Source: Turneriella sp.
GTDB lineage: Bacteria; Spirochaetota; Leptospiria; Turneriellales; Turneriellaceae
NCBI GenBank assembly: GCA_965279515.1
Contig: CBDIID010000003.1
Span: 4,256,001 to 4,320,000, forward strand
Length of the DNA: 64,000 nt
Reading direction: 5' to 3'
The first letter of the stretch is position 1. Each line of letters starts with the position of its first letter. A model generated the notes under the pieces. It saw only the letters and a list, made by a program, of their open reading frames with translations. It was not told the DNA's origin and made no database searches. The position numbers and the translations under genes were made by a program. Below, in pieces: positions 8,997 through 18,562 of the stretch.

Positions 8997-10178
8997 TTAC
9001 CCTTCTACTTTCGGCATCTTGCGCAGAAAGGTGGGGATGTCATACGCCGCTGCCTGTACCGAGGCGTCGACGCGGGGGAAATCCAAACCTTGCTGTGCCG
9101 GCGTGCGGTAGGTTGTGTCTTCCGTGCCCGTGCGCGGCAGAACCTGGGGTTTGAACTGTGACTGCGATTGCTGCGGTTTCAGGTCGATCTGCTCTTTGCG
9201 GCGGTAACCTGTGGCGATGACGGTGATCGAGACATGATTGTCTTTGGTTTCGTCTTCGGTGAAGCCGACGATGATGACCGCATCCTTCGAAACCTGTTCG
9301 TGGATCTGCTTCTGGATCTCGTGGTATTCGTAGAGCGCAAAATCTGAACCGCCGACCACGTTGATGAGCACGGCCTGGGCGCCGTCGATGGTCTTGCCGT
9401 TGAGGAGGGGGTGGTGGATCGCACTTTGCAGCGCTTCAGCCACACGGTTCTCGCCGGTACCTTCGCCGAGGCCGATGACGGCGTCACCGTTCTGGCCCAT
9501 AACTGTGCGCACGTCGGCAAAGTCGACGTTCACAAAGCCGGTCGAATTGATAATGTTGCTGATGCCGCGCACCGCGCGGTAGAGCATGTCGTCGATGAGC
9601 TTGTAAGCTGCACCGACAGACGTCTTTTTATCGATAACTTTAAATATGGCTTCGTTGGGTATAGTGATGAGCGTATCGACGCGGTCGCGCAGATTGTTCT
9701 GGCCCGCTTTCGCATAACTCATGCGCTTGTCGCCTTCGACGATGAAGGGCAGCGTTACAACGCCGACCGTCAGGGCCTTGAGCTCGCGCGCGACTTCGGC
9801 GACAATCGGTGCCGCACCGGTACCGGTACCGCCGCCCATGCCCGCCGTAACAAACACCATGTCGGCGCCCTTGAGCACGTTCATGATCTTCTCGCGGTCT
9901 TCCATTGCCGCCTGCGCGCCGATGTCCGGTATGCCGCCTGCGCCCATGCCGCGCGTCAGTTTCGCGCCCAGCGCGACCTTGATCGGAGCATGCGAACGTT
10001 CGAGTACCTGTTCGTCGGTATTCATCGCGATGAGTTCGACGCCCTCGAGGTTCATCGACACCATGCGTTCGATGGCGTTCATGCCGCCACCGCCGACACC
10101 CACAACCTTAATCATTGCGGGGGATTTTTTCTTTTCCTCAAATGCTAACATAACTTGCTCCTGTCCGGGTTGTCGCAT
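8997..10178 (-). CDS. ftsZ: Cell division protein FtsZ
   Basis: IKVVGVGGGG, GMGGGTGTG, VNVDFADV and C-terminal DIPTFLRK. Confidence 0.97.
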   Translation of the reverse strand: MRQPGQEQVMLAFEEKKKSPAMIKVVGVGGGGMNAIERMVSMNLEGVELIAMNTDEQVLERSHAPIKVALGAKLTRGMGAGGIPDIGAQAAMEDREKIMNVLKGADMVFVTAGMGGGTGTGAAPIVAEVARELKALTVGVVTLPFIVEGDKRMSYAKAGQNNLRDRVDTLITIPNEAIFKVIDKKTSVGAAYKLIDDMLYRAVRGISNIINSTGFVNVDFADVRTVMGQNGDAVIGLGEGTGENRVAEALQSAIHHPLLNGKTIDGAQAVLINVVGGSDFALYEYHEIQKQIHEQVSKDAVIIVGFTEDETKDNHVSITVIATGYRRKEQIDLKPQQSQSQFKPQVLPRTGTEDTTYRTPAQQGLDFPRVDASVQAAAYDIPTFLRKMPKVEG

Positions 10179-10210
10179 CGCTCCACCCCGGCAGGGTGGA
10201 CGGGACGCGT

Positions 10211-10248
10211 TTAAGGGGGCGGTTGCACCACCCCCTTAACAACCCCCG
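10211..10248. repeat. TTAAGGGGGC...CCCCTTAACAACCCC hairpin repeat, copy 1
   Basis: Palindrome in the ftsA-ftsZ spacer; similar copy at 16491. Confidence 0.55.
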
Positions 10249-10265
10249 CAGATACGACTGGTTCC

Positions 10266-11504
10266 TCATAAGTTTTTTTGTAACCAATTTTTCATTTTTC
10301 CGAACAGATTCTTGCCGCTTTTTTGTATATCTGGTTCCCCATAGCGCGCCTGGTACAGGAGTAACCCCGTCGCCGTGCTATAAGGTGGCGATGCAACCTT
10401 ATCCGAAATCCCCAACAAGCCCTTTGGATAGGCAACCGACGCACCCAGCTGCAGAACTTCTTCTGCAAGGCCGACAAGGCCTTCGAGCTGCGCGGCGCCA
10501 CCCGTAAAAATAATACCACCGGCCAATATGTTTTTTCTGCCGGATCGCAAAAGTTCATGATCGATGAGTTCGAGCATCTCGCGCATACGCGCTTCGATGA
10601 TGAGCGCCATGTCGCGGCGCGGAATCTGGCGCGGTGCGCGTTCGCCGACCGAAGGCACGTCGACCATTTCCATCGGGTCGACGTCGGCCGCACGCGCGGT
10701 GCCTTTTCTTTTTTTCAGCATTTCGGCCGAATCGATCGGTGTTTTGAGGCCGATCGAAAGATCTTGTGTGACGTGCTGGCCGCCGAGACAGATCGTTGCC
10801 GAATATTCGACGCCACCGTCGACATAGATGATGAGATCGATGACACCCGAGCCGATGTCGCAGATCGCGACGCCTAAATCTTTTTCGGCTTCGGTGAGTA
10901 GAGCCTGGCTGGATGCGAGGGCCGAGAGAACTTTGTTCGAGACACGCACGCCGGCTTGTTCCACGGCTTTTTCCGTGTTCTGGAGTTGTGTAACAGGCGC
11001 TGTAACGATGTGAACCTGCGCGTCGAGGCGAACTCCCACCATGCCCAACGGGTCTTTGATGCCCGACTGGTCGTCGACCTTGAACTCGCGCGACAGTACG
11101 TGCAGAATTTCCTGGTCGGCGGGAATGCGCACATTCTGCGCGGTATCGATGACACGAAAAACGTCGGCGTGCGTGATGATACGGTCGCGGCCGGTGATTG
11201 TCACCATGCCGGTCGCGTTGTCGCCGCGTACGTTTTTGCCTGAAATATTGATGACGACTTCGTCTATCTCAAGCGCCGACATGAGTTCGGCCTCTTCGAT
11301 CGCGTCCTGGATGCTTTTGACGGTCTGCTCGATGTTCGTCACCGAGCCGGATTTCACGCCGCGGGACTCGACGACGCCGAGGCCGATAATTTCTACCTCG
11401 TCGGGGGAGGTGATGCGGGCGACGATCGCGACTGTCTTACTCGAACCCAAATCGAGAGCAGCGACGAGGCGCCCTGAGCCGACGCCTGTGCCGTCATAGC
11501 TCAT
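10266..11504 (-). CDS. ftsA: Cell division protein FtsA
   Basis: ALDLGSSK, DIGSG, FTGGAAQL and amphipathic C-terminus KMKNWLQKNL. Confidence 0.96.
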   Translation of the reverse strand: MSYDGTGVGSGRLVAALDLGSSKTVAIVARITSPDEVEIIGLGVVESRGVKSGSVTNIEQTVKSIQDAIEEAELMSALEIDEVVINISGKNVRGDNATGMVTITGRDRIITHADVFRVIDTAQNVRIPADQEILHVLSREFKVDDQSGIKDPLGMVGVRLDAQVHIVTAPVTQLQNTEKAVEQAGVRVSNKVLSALASSQALLTEAEKDLGVAICDIGSGVIDLIIYVDGGVEYSATICLGGQHVTQDLSIGLKTPIDSAEMLKKRKGTARAADVDPMEMVDVPSVGERAPRQIPRRDMALIIEARMREMLELIDHELLRSGRKNILAGGIIFTGGAAQLEGLVGLAEEVLQLGASVAYPKGLLGISDKVASPPYSTATGLLLYQARYGEPDIQKSGKNLFGKMKNWLQKNL

Positions 11505-12325
11505 ATATCAGCCTCTGCCTTCGTTTGGCTCTGTTTCATTTCGCGTATAATGGCGCTGTTTTCCTGTAAGTCTACCAAAGTGACAGAACGCGGCAGTTTT
11601 GTCTCGAGATACGCATAGACCGCCCAGAGGCGCCGCAGCGTTTCTTCGGAAAAGCGCCCCTCGTACACAACGCACGAGCGGATGCCCGCCGAATAGATGC
11701 GGTACCGCCAGAGACCACCGGACTTTCCGTTGCCGGGTCCCGGACTCTCTTCACCCACCGCACTGCCGGTCCCTTTCAGGGGCCGGATCTCGATCTCTGC
11801 GAAACGCTGCCAGAGAAATGCATACTTCTCGCGCGTCTCTTTCCAGAGCCGTATTATGTCACTTTTCGGTGACAACGATGATTCGCCGCCAAAAGTCAAG
11901 TAGAAAATGACTTTGTCTGGCGTGAGATCCTTGTGTAAATACGCGGCATTTTCAACGATCGTCGTTCCACCCGGATCTTTCTCTGCGACACCTTCCTGTT
12001 CGTTTTGCAGATATTCAAGCTGGCGTTCCGTGATGGTGATATTGACCTTACGGCCAGGCAATACCGTCACCTTCGCGGTGGCGATGCGCGGGTTTAAGAG
12101 TAAGCTGTCACGGATTTCATCGGAGCTGACGCCGTCTTTCGCGGCCTTGAGCAGGTACGACACCACATCCTGCACATCTTTTTCGCTTAAGATGCGGTTG
12201 CCTTCGACGCTGATCTGCCAGCCGTCACCGCCGCCGTGGCGCTTCACGATAAACCAGGTGGTGAGAACGGCGCCGAGCGTCATCAGCGTGACCCCAGCGA
12301 TCAGAATTTTCTTACGCAGAGGCAT
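11501..12325 (-). CDS. ftsQ: FtsQ/DivIB-like protein with POTRA domain
   Basis: Single N-terminal TM, ISVEGN...PRIATAKV...ITITER; directly upstream of ftsA. Confidence 0.75.
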   Translation of the reverse strand: MPLRKKILIAGVTLMTLGAVLTTWFIVKRHGGGDGWQISVEGNRILSEKDVQDVVSYLLKAAKDGVSSDEIRDSLLLNPRIATAKVTVLPGRKVNITITERQLEYLQNEQEGVAEKDPGGTTIVENAAYLHKDLTPDKVIFYLTFGGESSLSPKSDIIRLWKETREKYAFLWQRFAEIEIRPLKGTGSAVGEESPGPGNGKSGGLWRYRIYSAGIRSCVVYEGRFSEETLRRLWAVYAYLETKLPRSVTLVDLQENSAIIREMKQSQTKAEADI

Positions 12326-12333
12326 GGATGGCT

Positions 12334-13473
12334 TTATTCACGCGGTATGTCCGCCGCATTCCCGGGTGGCTGTGAATCCGGTGGTGAAGGAGGAATCTCC
12401 TGGTCCGAGAAATTACCGTTCCATTCACTGATGAGCTTCCAAATCGTGACGAACATCGTGACGATGAAGGGGCCAAGAATGAGGCCCTTGACGCCGAAGG
12501 CATTCAGGCCGCCGACGATGGCGAGAAATAAAAATAATGGATGCAGATTGAGGTCGCGGTCAAGCAGCATCGGTTTCAAAAGATTTTCGAGCAGAAAATA
12601 GAATGTCGTACACGTGATCGCCATGATGACAGCGGTCGTATGCTGGTCGTGCGAGTAGAGGTAGATGGCGCCGGGCAGCCAGACAACCGCTGTGCCGATC
12701 ACGGGGATCAGCGCAAAGGGCACGGCAACCGCGCCCCAGAGCAGGGGTGTGCTGAGACCGCAGAGCCAGAACACAATGCCTACCACAGCACCCTGCATGG
12801 CCGAGATGACAAGGTTGCCTTTCACCACCGCATCGAAAATGCGCACCATGCGGTCGCCGATGTGTTTTTCAATTTTATCGGGGAAGGGCAGACTGCGGTA
12901 AATCGCCTGGCCGACGCGATCGACGCTGCGGAACAGGAAAAACAGGATAAACAAGGCGAAGGTGAAGTCGATGAAGAACTTCATCCCCGTGATCACCCAT
13001 TTCCAGCCCTGCTTTAACGTTTCCAGTTGATTCGAAAGAATTACGTCGAGCGCATGTGCACGGTATGCCACAAGCTGGTCGACGCTGATTCCGAATTTAT
13101 TTTCAATCCAGGTGTTGTTTCTATAGATCTCGAGCAGCTTTTCCGGGGTGAACCATTCGCGCGCGAGATCGGCGGCATGCCGCGCTTCGGTAACGAGCGC
13201 AATGGCGAGAAACACCACGGGTATGATGAGTATCAGTATCACCGAAAAAGTCGAGATGATCGCGGCGATGGTGCGCCGGCCATCGAGCCGCCTCAGCAGC
13301 CAGCGGTGCGGCGTGCGAAACAAAATGAACAGTATGCCTGAAATAAAGAATGCGTAGATGTAGCTGTAATAAACGTAACTGACGAGTCCCAGAAGGAAAA
13401 GGAATAATCCGAAAAAAACATAAGGCAGAAACCGTTGGAAATCCAGGAAGCTGTAGCTGCGATCAAGTTTCAT
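12334..13473 (-). CDS. AI-2E family transporter
   Basis: LIPVIGTAVVWLP, ENLLKPML and GGLNAFGVKGLILGP motifs. Confidence 0.9.
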   Translation of the reverse strand: MKLDRSYSFLDFQRFLPYVFFGLFLFLLGLVSYVYYSYIYAFFISGILFILFRTPHRWLLRRLDGRRTIAAIISTFSVILILIIPVVFLAIALVTEARHAADLAREWFTPEKLLEIYRNNTWIENKFGISVDQLVAYRAHALDVILSNQLETLKQGWKWVITGMKFFIDFTFALFILFFLFRSVDRVGQAIYRSLPFPDKIEKHIGDRMVRIFDAVVKGNLVISAMQGAVVGIVFWLCGLSTPLLWGAVAVPFALIPVIGTAVVWLPGAIYLYSHDQHTTAVIMAITCTTFYFLLENLLKPMLLDRDLNLHPLFLFLAIVGGLNAFGVKGLILGPFIVTMFVTIWKLISEWNGNFSDQEIPPSPPDSQPPGNAADIPRE

Positions 13474-13474
13474 G

Positions 13475-13978
13475 CTATTCTTGTTTGCCGCGGTTGTAAT
13501 CGACCTCAGAGCGGCCAATGCGGATGAGATAATTTTCGGCGTAGGGAAGTTTCGAGACGTCGACGGAGATGAGTTCCTTCACCTCTTTCGCGCTGCGCTC
13601 GTACTGCAGCAGCGCGCTGCCGCTCTGTTCGAGACGCGCGGTTTCCGTAAAATTATGTTTGCGGAAACTCGATTCATAATAGGCGACAATGTCCTTCAGG
13701 TTGTGGTTCGTTTTCTGTAAAATCGTCGACGCACGGCCATCCGTGGCCGCGTCGACCTTGGCACGTCCGTGTGCCATCGGATTATCGACGCGGTAAATTT
13801 CTGCCTGGGGGTAGAGAAGCGAAAGCGAACGGACAAAATCCGGCGCGTCGGAAGGAGAACCTTTGGGCGGTAACTTATCTGACACCGCAATCGCCGTTTC
13901 GGAGTCCTTTTTACCGCACGCGGAAGCCGCCAAGGCAAGTAAGCTGGCGCAAAAAAACGAGGTTATCCGCCTCTGCAT
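13475..13978 (-). CDS. Hypothetical lipoprotein carrying an in-frame palindromic element
   Basis: ASAC lipobox; operonic position. Confidence 0.7.
   Translation of the reverse strand: MQRRITSFFCASLLALAASACGKKDSETAIAVSDKLPPKGSPSDAPDFVRSLSLLYPQAEIYRVDNPMAHGRAKVDAATDGRASTILQKTNHNLKDIVAYYESSFRKHNFTETARLEQSGSALLQYERSAKEVKELISVDVSKLPYAENYLIRIGRSEVDYNRGKQE
13725..13776 (-). repeat. Two-hairpin GGA-loop element, copy C (in-frame within the lipoprotein)
   Basis: Minus strand tggcac-acggac-gtgcca ag gtcgacgc[ggcc-acggat-ggcc]gt gcgtcgac. Confidence 0.8.
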
Positions 13979-14056
13979 AATGCGACATAATGAAGTTTGG
14001 GCCGGGCGTACAGTAAAAACCAGGTGCCGGGTTGATGGCCGGAACCCGGTTTTAGA

Positions 14057-14260
14057 TCAGCGTGCGCTGCGCTCTTTTGGTCTTCGCGGGGTATTTTCGA
14101 GGGGATAGAGGATGGCGTTGGCAATAGATGCCCGGCGCTGCAGCGTGTTTTCCGTTTTGGTTTCAGATTCAGACATCTGCGTAATGATAGCATGGTCGAG
14201 CCAGTCACGCAGCGGGGCGGGAATATACGAGGCTTCGGCCGCTTTCATGGTATCATTCAT
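14057..14260 (-). CDS. Small hypothetical protein
   Basis: 67-aa ORF from ATG 14260 with a gagg-like RBS, filling an intergenic gap. Confidence 0.4.
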   Translation of the reverse strand: MNDTMKAAEASYIPAPLRDWLDHAIITQMSESETKTENTLQRRASIANAILYPLENTPRRPKERSAR

Positions 14261-14364
14261 GGGAAATACCCTCTGGTTTCTATACGAGATGCTGCAGAAA
14301 AAGGTTACAATCCCTGCGTTCAATTTATACTTTACACTCTGTCTTTTTTGAGTATATTCTCTTT

Positions 14365-14679
14365 ATGGTATTCTTATTCGGTATGCCCAATCTCGGCGAG
14401 ATGATCTTCCTCGTCATCATCATCCTTCTGCTCTTTGGCGGCAAGAAGCTCCCTGAACTCGCGCGCGGCCTCGGTGCCGGTATCCACGAGTTCCGCCGTG
14501 GCATGAATGCAGGTAACGAACCAGCATCGACGCAGACACATGCTCCGGCGCCAGCAACTGAGCGTGACGTGACCCCCGGTGAGAACGAAGCACCGCGCAA
14601 GTCGCGCGCCCTGCCGCAGCCCAAACGGGCCGCGCGCCCCGCAGCAAAAAAGAAAGCCGCTGCGAAAAAGAAAAAATAA
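14365..14679 (+). CDS. tatA: Twin-arginine translocase TatA/E subunit
   Basis: LLLFGGKKLPELARGLGAGIHEFR. Confidence 0.9.
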   Translation: MVFLFGMPNLGEMIFLVIIILLLFGGKKLPELARGLGAGIHEFRRGMNAGNEPASTQTHAPAPATERDVTPGENEAPRKSRALPQPKRAARPAAKKKAAAKKKK

Positions 14680-14683
14680 TCGT

Positions 14684-14737
14684 GATGCACGAGGCATCTG
14701 ATAGGCGACGGGCAAGGATGCCCTCTCAAGTCGCCTA
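14684..14737 (+). repeat. Two-hairpin GGA-loop element, copy B (tatA-argB spacer)
   Basis: gatgc-acgag-gcatc tga taggcgac[gggc-aaggat-gccc]tctcaa gtcgccta. Confidence 0.8.
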
Positions 14738-14752
14738 ATTTTAGCCAGACAG

Positions 14753-15643
14753 GTGATCAGCATCGAATCCGGTCTGGCCCACTCCCGCGAACGCATCGAA
14801 ACCCTGCTTGAGGCGCTGCCCTATATACAGCGCTTCGCGGGTAAGACCATCGTCATCAAATATGGCGGTGCGGCGATGGAGAAGGCCGACCTCTCCGCCA
14901 AGTTCGCCCAGGACGTTGTTTTACTCAAACTCTGCGGCATAGACCCTGTGATTGTGCACGGCGGCGGCCCGCAGATCAACCAGCTGCTCGAGCGCCTCGG
15001 CGTGAAATCCACCTTTATCGACGGCCACCGTGTCACGGGCGACGCTGAAATGGCCGCGGTCGAAATGGTACTTTCGGGCGACGTAAATAAAAAGATCGTC
15101 GCGCAGATTGCTCGAGCCGGCGGCAAGGCCGTGGGTTTGTCGGGCCGCGACGGTGCGCTCGCGCATGCAGAAAAACATTTTCTCGAACGCAGCGGCAAAG
15201 AGAATGTCGATCTGGGCCGTGTCGGCGCGGTGAAACCCGGCGGTGTCAATATCCAGGTTCTCAACGTGCTGAAGCAGGGCGGGTTTATCCCCGTGATTGC
15301 CCCGGTGGGTTTTGACGCCGACGGTAACTCGCTCAACATTAATGCCGATACCATGGCAGGTGCGATCGCCGCGGCGCTGGGCGCTGAAAAACTGCTGCTG
15401 CTCACGGATACGCCGGGTGTCATGCACGAAGGCAAAACCCTGACGCGGCTCTCTCCCGGTGATGTGAAAAAGCTCAAGGCGGATGGCATCATTTCAGGCG
15501 GTATGATTCCGAAAGTCGACTGCGCTGTGTCCGCTGTGGAAAACCATGTCAACGCGGCGCACATCATCGACGGCCGCGTGCCGAATGCACTCCTGCTCGA
15601 AATTTTTACGGATTCGGGTGTTGGTACGATGCTCGTTCGCTGA
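14753..15643 (+). CDS. argB: Acetylglutamate kinase
   Basis: EALPYIQRF, VIKYGG, VHGGGPQI, NINAD and GGMIPKV. Confidence 0.96.
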   Translation: MISIESGLAHSRERIETLLEALPYIQRFAGKTIVIKYGGAAMEKADLSAKFAQDVVLLKLCGIDPVIVHGGGPQINQLLERLGVKSTFIDGHRVTGDAEMAAVEMVLSGDVNKKIVAQIARAGGKAVGLSGRDGALAHAEKHFLERSGKENVDLGRVGAVKPGGVNIQVLNVLKQGGFIPVIAPVGFDADGNSLNINADTMAGAIAAALGAEKLLLLTDTPGVMHEGKTLTRLSPGDVKKLKADGIISGGMIPKVDCAVSAVENHVNAAHIIDGRVPNALLLEIFTDSGVGTMLVR

Positions 15644-15717
15644 TTCATCGCCACAGCCGTCACAAAGCCCCCCTTTTGCAGGTTGACAGATGAAAACAGA
15701 TGCTGTAGCTTGTCATA

Positions 15718-16479
15718 ATGAAAAAAATAATTATCTGCCTCACTGCCGTAGCTGCGATCAGCCCGGCGTTTGGCTATGCTTCTTTGAACGTGGCGGGGCA
15801 AACCGGCCTCATTGCGACACCCACGGCGCGTATTAACAGCGAAGGCCAGGGCGGTAACGCTGTTACTGGCGGCTTCACCTATTTCAATAACGGGCGTACG
15901 TACAATGTTCCGCAGGTGAATGTGGCGCTGTTCGAACGTTGGGAGATCGGTGGCGCCTATAATTCAACCGAAGGAACAAACCAGAACGATTACCTCGTGC
16001 ACACAAAACTGCGTTTTGCACCATGGTCGGGCCGCGGCAATTCTGCGATGGCGATCGGCGGTAGCTACCAGAGCCTTAACTCATCGCCGGGAACAACCGC
16101 AGGACAGGTCTATTTCGCAGCGACGTACGAGGCGAATTTTTTCGGTATGGAAGCCGATACTTCGATCGTTGTCGGTAAGACTTTTGGTACCGGCGTGCGC
16201 GACGGCGATGTCGACTTCTCGATGGGCTTCGATTTGAATTTTTTCCCCAGCGCATTCAATGGTTATGTGCGCTGGCTGAACGAACTTTCAAACTATGATT
16301 TCCTTTACCTGAACGCTCCCACTGCTGCTGCTGCCCGTGGTGCTTTCAATACCGGCCTGCGCATTCCGGTGCTGAAAAATATGACTAACCTGCGGTTTGA
16401 TATCACACTGAAGATGACTGACGCTCTCGACAACGAACGTGGTTTCGGTGCCGGTGCTGTCTTCGGCGCGAAATTCTAA
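15718..16479 (+). CDS. Putative outer-membrane beta-barrel protein (YjbH-like N-terminus)
   Basis: Signal peptide, GQTGLIATPTA, alternating beta strands, C-terminal Phe. Confidence 0.65.
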   Translation: MKKIIICLTAVAAISPAFGYASLNVAGQTGLIATPTARINSEGQGGNAVTGGFTYFNNGRTYNVPQVNVALFERWEIGGAYNSTEGTNQNDYLVHTKLRFAPWSGRGNSAMAIGGSYQSLNSSPGTTAGQVYFAATYEANFFGMEADTSIVVGKTFGTGVRDGDVDFSMGFDLNFFPSAFNGYVRWLNELSNYDFLYLNAPTAAAARGAFNTGLRIPVLKNMTNLRFDITLKMTDALDNERGFGAGAVFGAKF

Positions 16480-16490
16480 CATCTATCGCT

Positions 16491-16522
16491 TTAAGGGGGC
16501 CTGTGGCCCCTTGACAAACCCC
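16491..16522. repeat. TTAAGGGGGC...CCCCTTGACAAACCCC hairpin repeat, copy 2 (possible terminator)
   Basis: Between convergent genes; matches the 10211 copy. Confidence 0.55.
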
Positions 16523-16529
16523 GGTTAGT

Positions 16530-18557
16530 TTACTTCGATTTGAAACCCATGAATTTTTTAAAGCGGGCCCACGCCGTGGCAGGTTTGCGTTTTTGTCCCG
16601 GCACCGCCGATCCCGCGGGATAAACCAGCATAAAGTTACGGTCGCCGAAGGCCCTGAGCATCATCTCGGGCAACCGCGCATGGATTTTCTCCTGCGGAAA
16701 AAAAGTTGCGCGCTCGAGCACGGCTATCCAGAGCGAATTTTCGCCGCCGTTCAGCGTCAAGAGATCGAGACCTGCATGGATCTGCCCCGCGCGCACAGCG
16801 TAGCGGCGGCGGTGGTCAAGGTGCGCCAGGTGTTCGGTGATGGAGGGCAAAATTTCCGGTTCAGCGAAAAAAACCGGGTTTGCTTTGAGCCGCCGCGCCA
16901 GGTTCAACACCACGGGCAGCCAGACATCCTGTGTGGCGACGAGTCGTTCGTTGGCGATAATGACGTTGATCTGCGACGAAAGCGACAGGTCGGTTTGTAT
17001 GTGCGCGGCGATGATGGTATTGCCCGGCGCGCTTTCGGTCAGGCTTTCAAGAAACGAATATCCCTGCGGTTTTTGCAGTGTGGGGATAGCCCCCAGGCCC
17101 AGGAGTATCTTCTCTGTTAAGAGCTCGCGCGCCGCATGCGCCACGGCCTTGATACGGTCATTTTCTATGCGCGCGGTGAGCTCGATGTGCTCGTCGCGCA
17201 TTGCATAGAGGGGCTTGAGCTCGTTGAACTGCGCCTCGACCGTACGGATTCGCTCTTCCGCGCCGGGGCCGTCGGGAACGACATTGAGCGGAAAGATCTT
17301 AGCGGGAGAATTTTCGTTGCGAAAATGCCCCGCGAGCGTCAGCAGCGGCATCATGGTTTCGGGATTACTCACCGGCAATAGAATACGCGCCGCCCCGTCG
17401 TCGGCTGTGCTTGTTTTTTCGGGCCGCGAAAAACGCGAGAGCAGAACGACAAAAATTTCATTGAGGACCGCATAGAGCATCAGGCCGTGCAGCGCCGGGG
17501 TTGGGATAATGCCGCGCGCGTAGGCGACATAGATCAGCACCAGCACCAGGGGGTTCTTGCGCAGCAGTTGCCTCAGTGAGACTTTTGCGTCCCGGCGGGT
17601 GACCCTCATCACGAATGCAAACGCTGCCCGGGCGATGATTGTGGTTACGAGAATTGCCAGCGCGCTAAGCAGCGTCGTCCATTGTAAAGAGCCCAGGATA
17701 TTACTCGATATACCCAGCTGAACATAAAATGCGGGCACAATGATACTGTGCCCGGTAAAGCGCAGCCGTTCAAGCACGCGCGAACCTTCTGCAACAAAAC
17801 GTGTCAGCACAAAACCCGCGGCATAGGCGCCCATGAGCGGCTCGACACCCGCTTTACGGACGGCGATCGTGACGGAGATCAACAGGACGAGCATCAGGTA
17901 AAAGAGGGCATACGAATCTTCACCAACCCGCCGCACCAGAAAGCGCAGTGATGGGGGTATAAATGAAATCAGTATCAGCATGATGAGCATCGCGCCCACG
18001 GCTTCTTGCAGAAGGTCGCCGGTTGCAGTCGCGCGTTGTGCATAGGCAACGAGCAACGACACGGCGAGCAGTGCGGAAATCTCAGAGATGAGACCCATGA
18101 AGGCGATATCGCTCGAAACCCGGCTCGCGCGGAAGCTTTCGCTGACGATCGACTGGCGCCGTTCGGGCGCATGCATGGCAGTGATGCTGGCGACCGCTAT
18201 GGAGGCGAGCAGGTCGCTTTTCAGGACAAAAAAGAAAAACGCCGCCACGGGAATTGCCGTCATGAGCTGCAGCAGAAAGGCCGCCAGAATGGTGCGGCCG
18301 CGCCAGGCAAAGTGGAGATCCCACTCGATTTCAAGCGCCGAAAGAAAGATAACAAAGAGTGCCCCGAGTTCAGAGAGCTGCACCAAGAGGCTCTGCGCCG
18401 GAAAACTGAACGGCAGGTAGATGCTAAGCGCCACGCCGCAGGCGAGGAAAAAAAACGCGGGATGGATGCGCGTCGCACGGGCAAGCGCGATGCTGAGCAC
18501 GCCGCCCGCTGTGATAATCAGAATCGAGTAGAGGGCCAGCTCGAAACTTTCGGGCAC
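16530..18557 (-). CDS. Cation:proton antiporter (CPA2-like) with C-terminal USP-like domain
   Basis: About 12 TM, GVEPLMGAYAAG, RILLPVSNPET; GTG start just after glyQ. Confidence 0.8.
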   Translation of the reverse strand: MPESFELALYSILIITAGGVLSIALARATRIHPAFFFLACGVALSIYLPFSFPAQSLLVQLSELGALFVIFLSALEIEWDLHFAWRGRTILAAFLLQLMTAIPVAAFFFFVLKSDLLASIAVASITAMHAPERRQSIVSESFRASRVSSDIAFMGLISEISALLAVSLLVAYAQRATATGDLLQEAVGAMLIMLILISFIPPSLRFLVRRVGEDSYALFYLMLVLLISVTIAVRKAGVEPLMGAYAAGFVLTRFVAEGSRVLERLRFTGHSIIVPAFYVQLGISSNILGSLQWTTLLSALAILVTTIIARAAFAFVMRVTRRDAKVSLRQLLRKNPLVLVLIYVAYARGIIPTPALHGLMLYAVLNEIFVVLLSRFSRPEKTSTADDGAARILLPVSNPETMMPLLTLAGHFRNENSPAKIFPLNVVPDGPGAEERIRTVEAQFNELKPLYAMRDEHIELTARIENDRIKAVAHAARELLTEKILLGLGAIPTLQKPQGYSFLESLTESAPGNTIIAAHIQTDLSLSSQINVIIANERLVATQDVWLPVVLNLARRLKANPVFFAEPEILPSITEHLAHLDHRRRYAVRAGQIHAGLDLLTLNGGENSLWIAVLERATFFPQEKIHARLPEMMLRAFGDRNFMLVYPAGSAVPGQKRKPATAWARFKKFMGFKSK

Positions 18558-18562
18558 TGGCT

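Noticed and set aside
11715..11780. Gly/Pro-rich insert in FtsQ (KGTGSAVGEESPGPGNGKSGG)
   Set aside because: Only a weak internal duplication with no match to the repeat families; probably a variable loop
14821..15801. 326-aa antisense ORF
   Set aside because: Shadow of argB; Ser/Pro/Thr-rich with no motifs, typical of GC-biased codon usage
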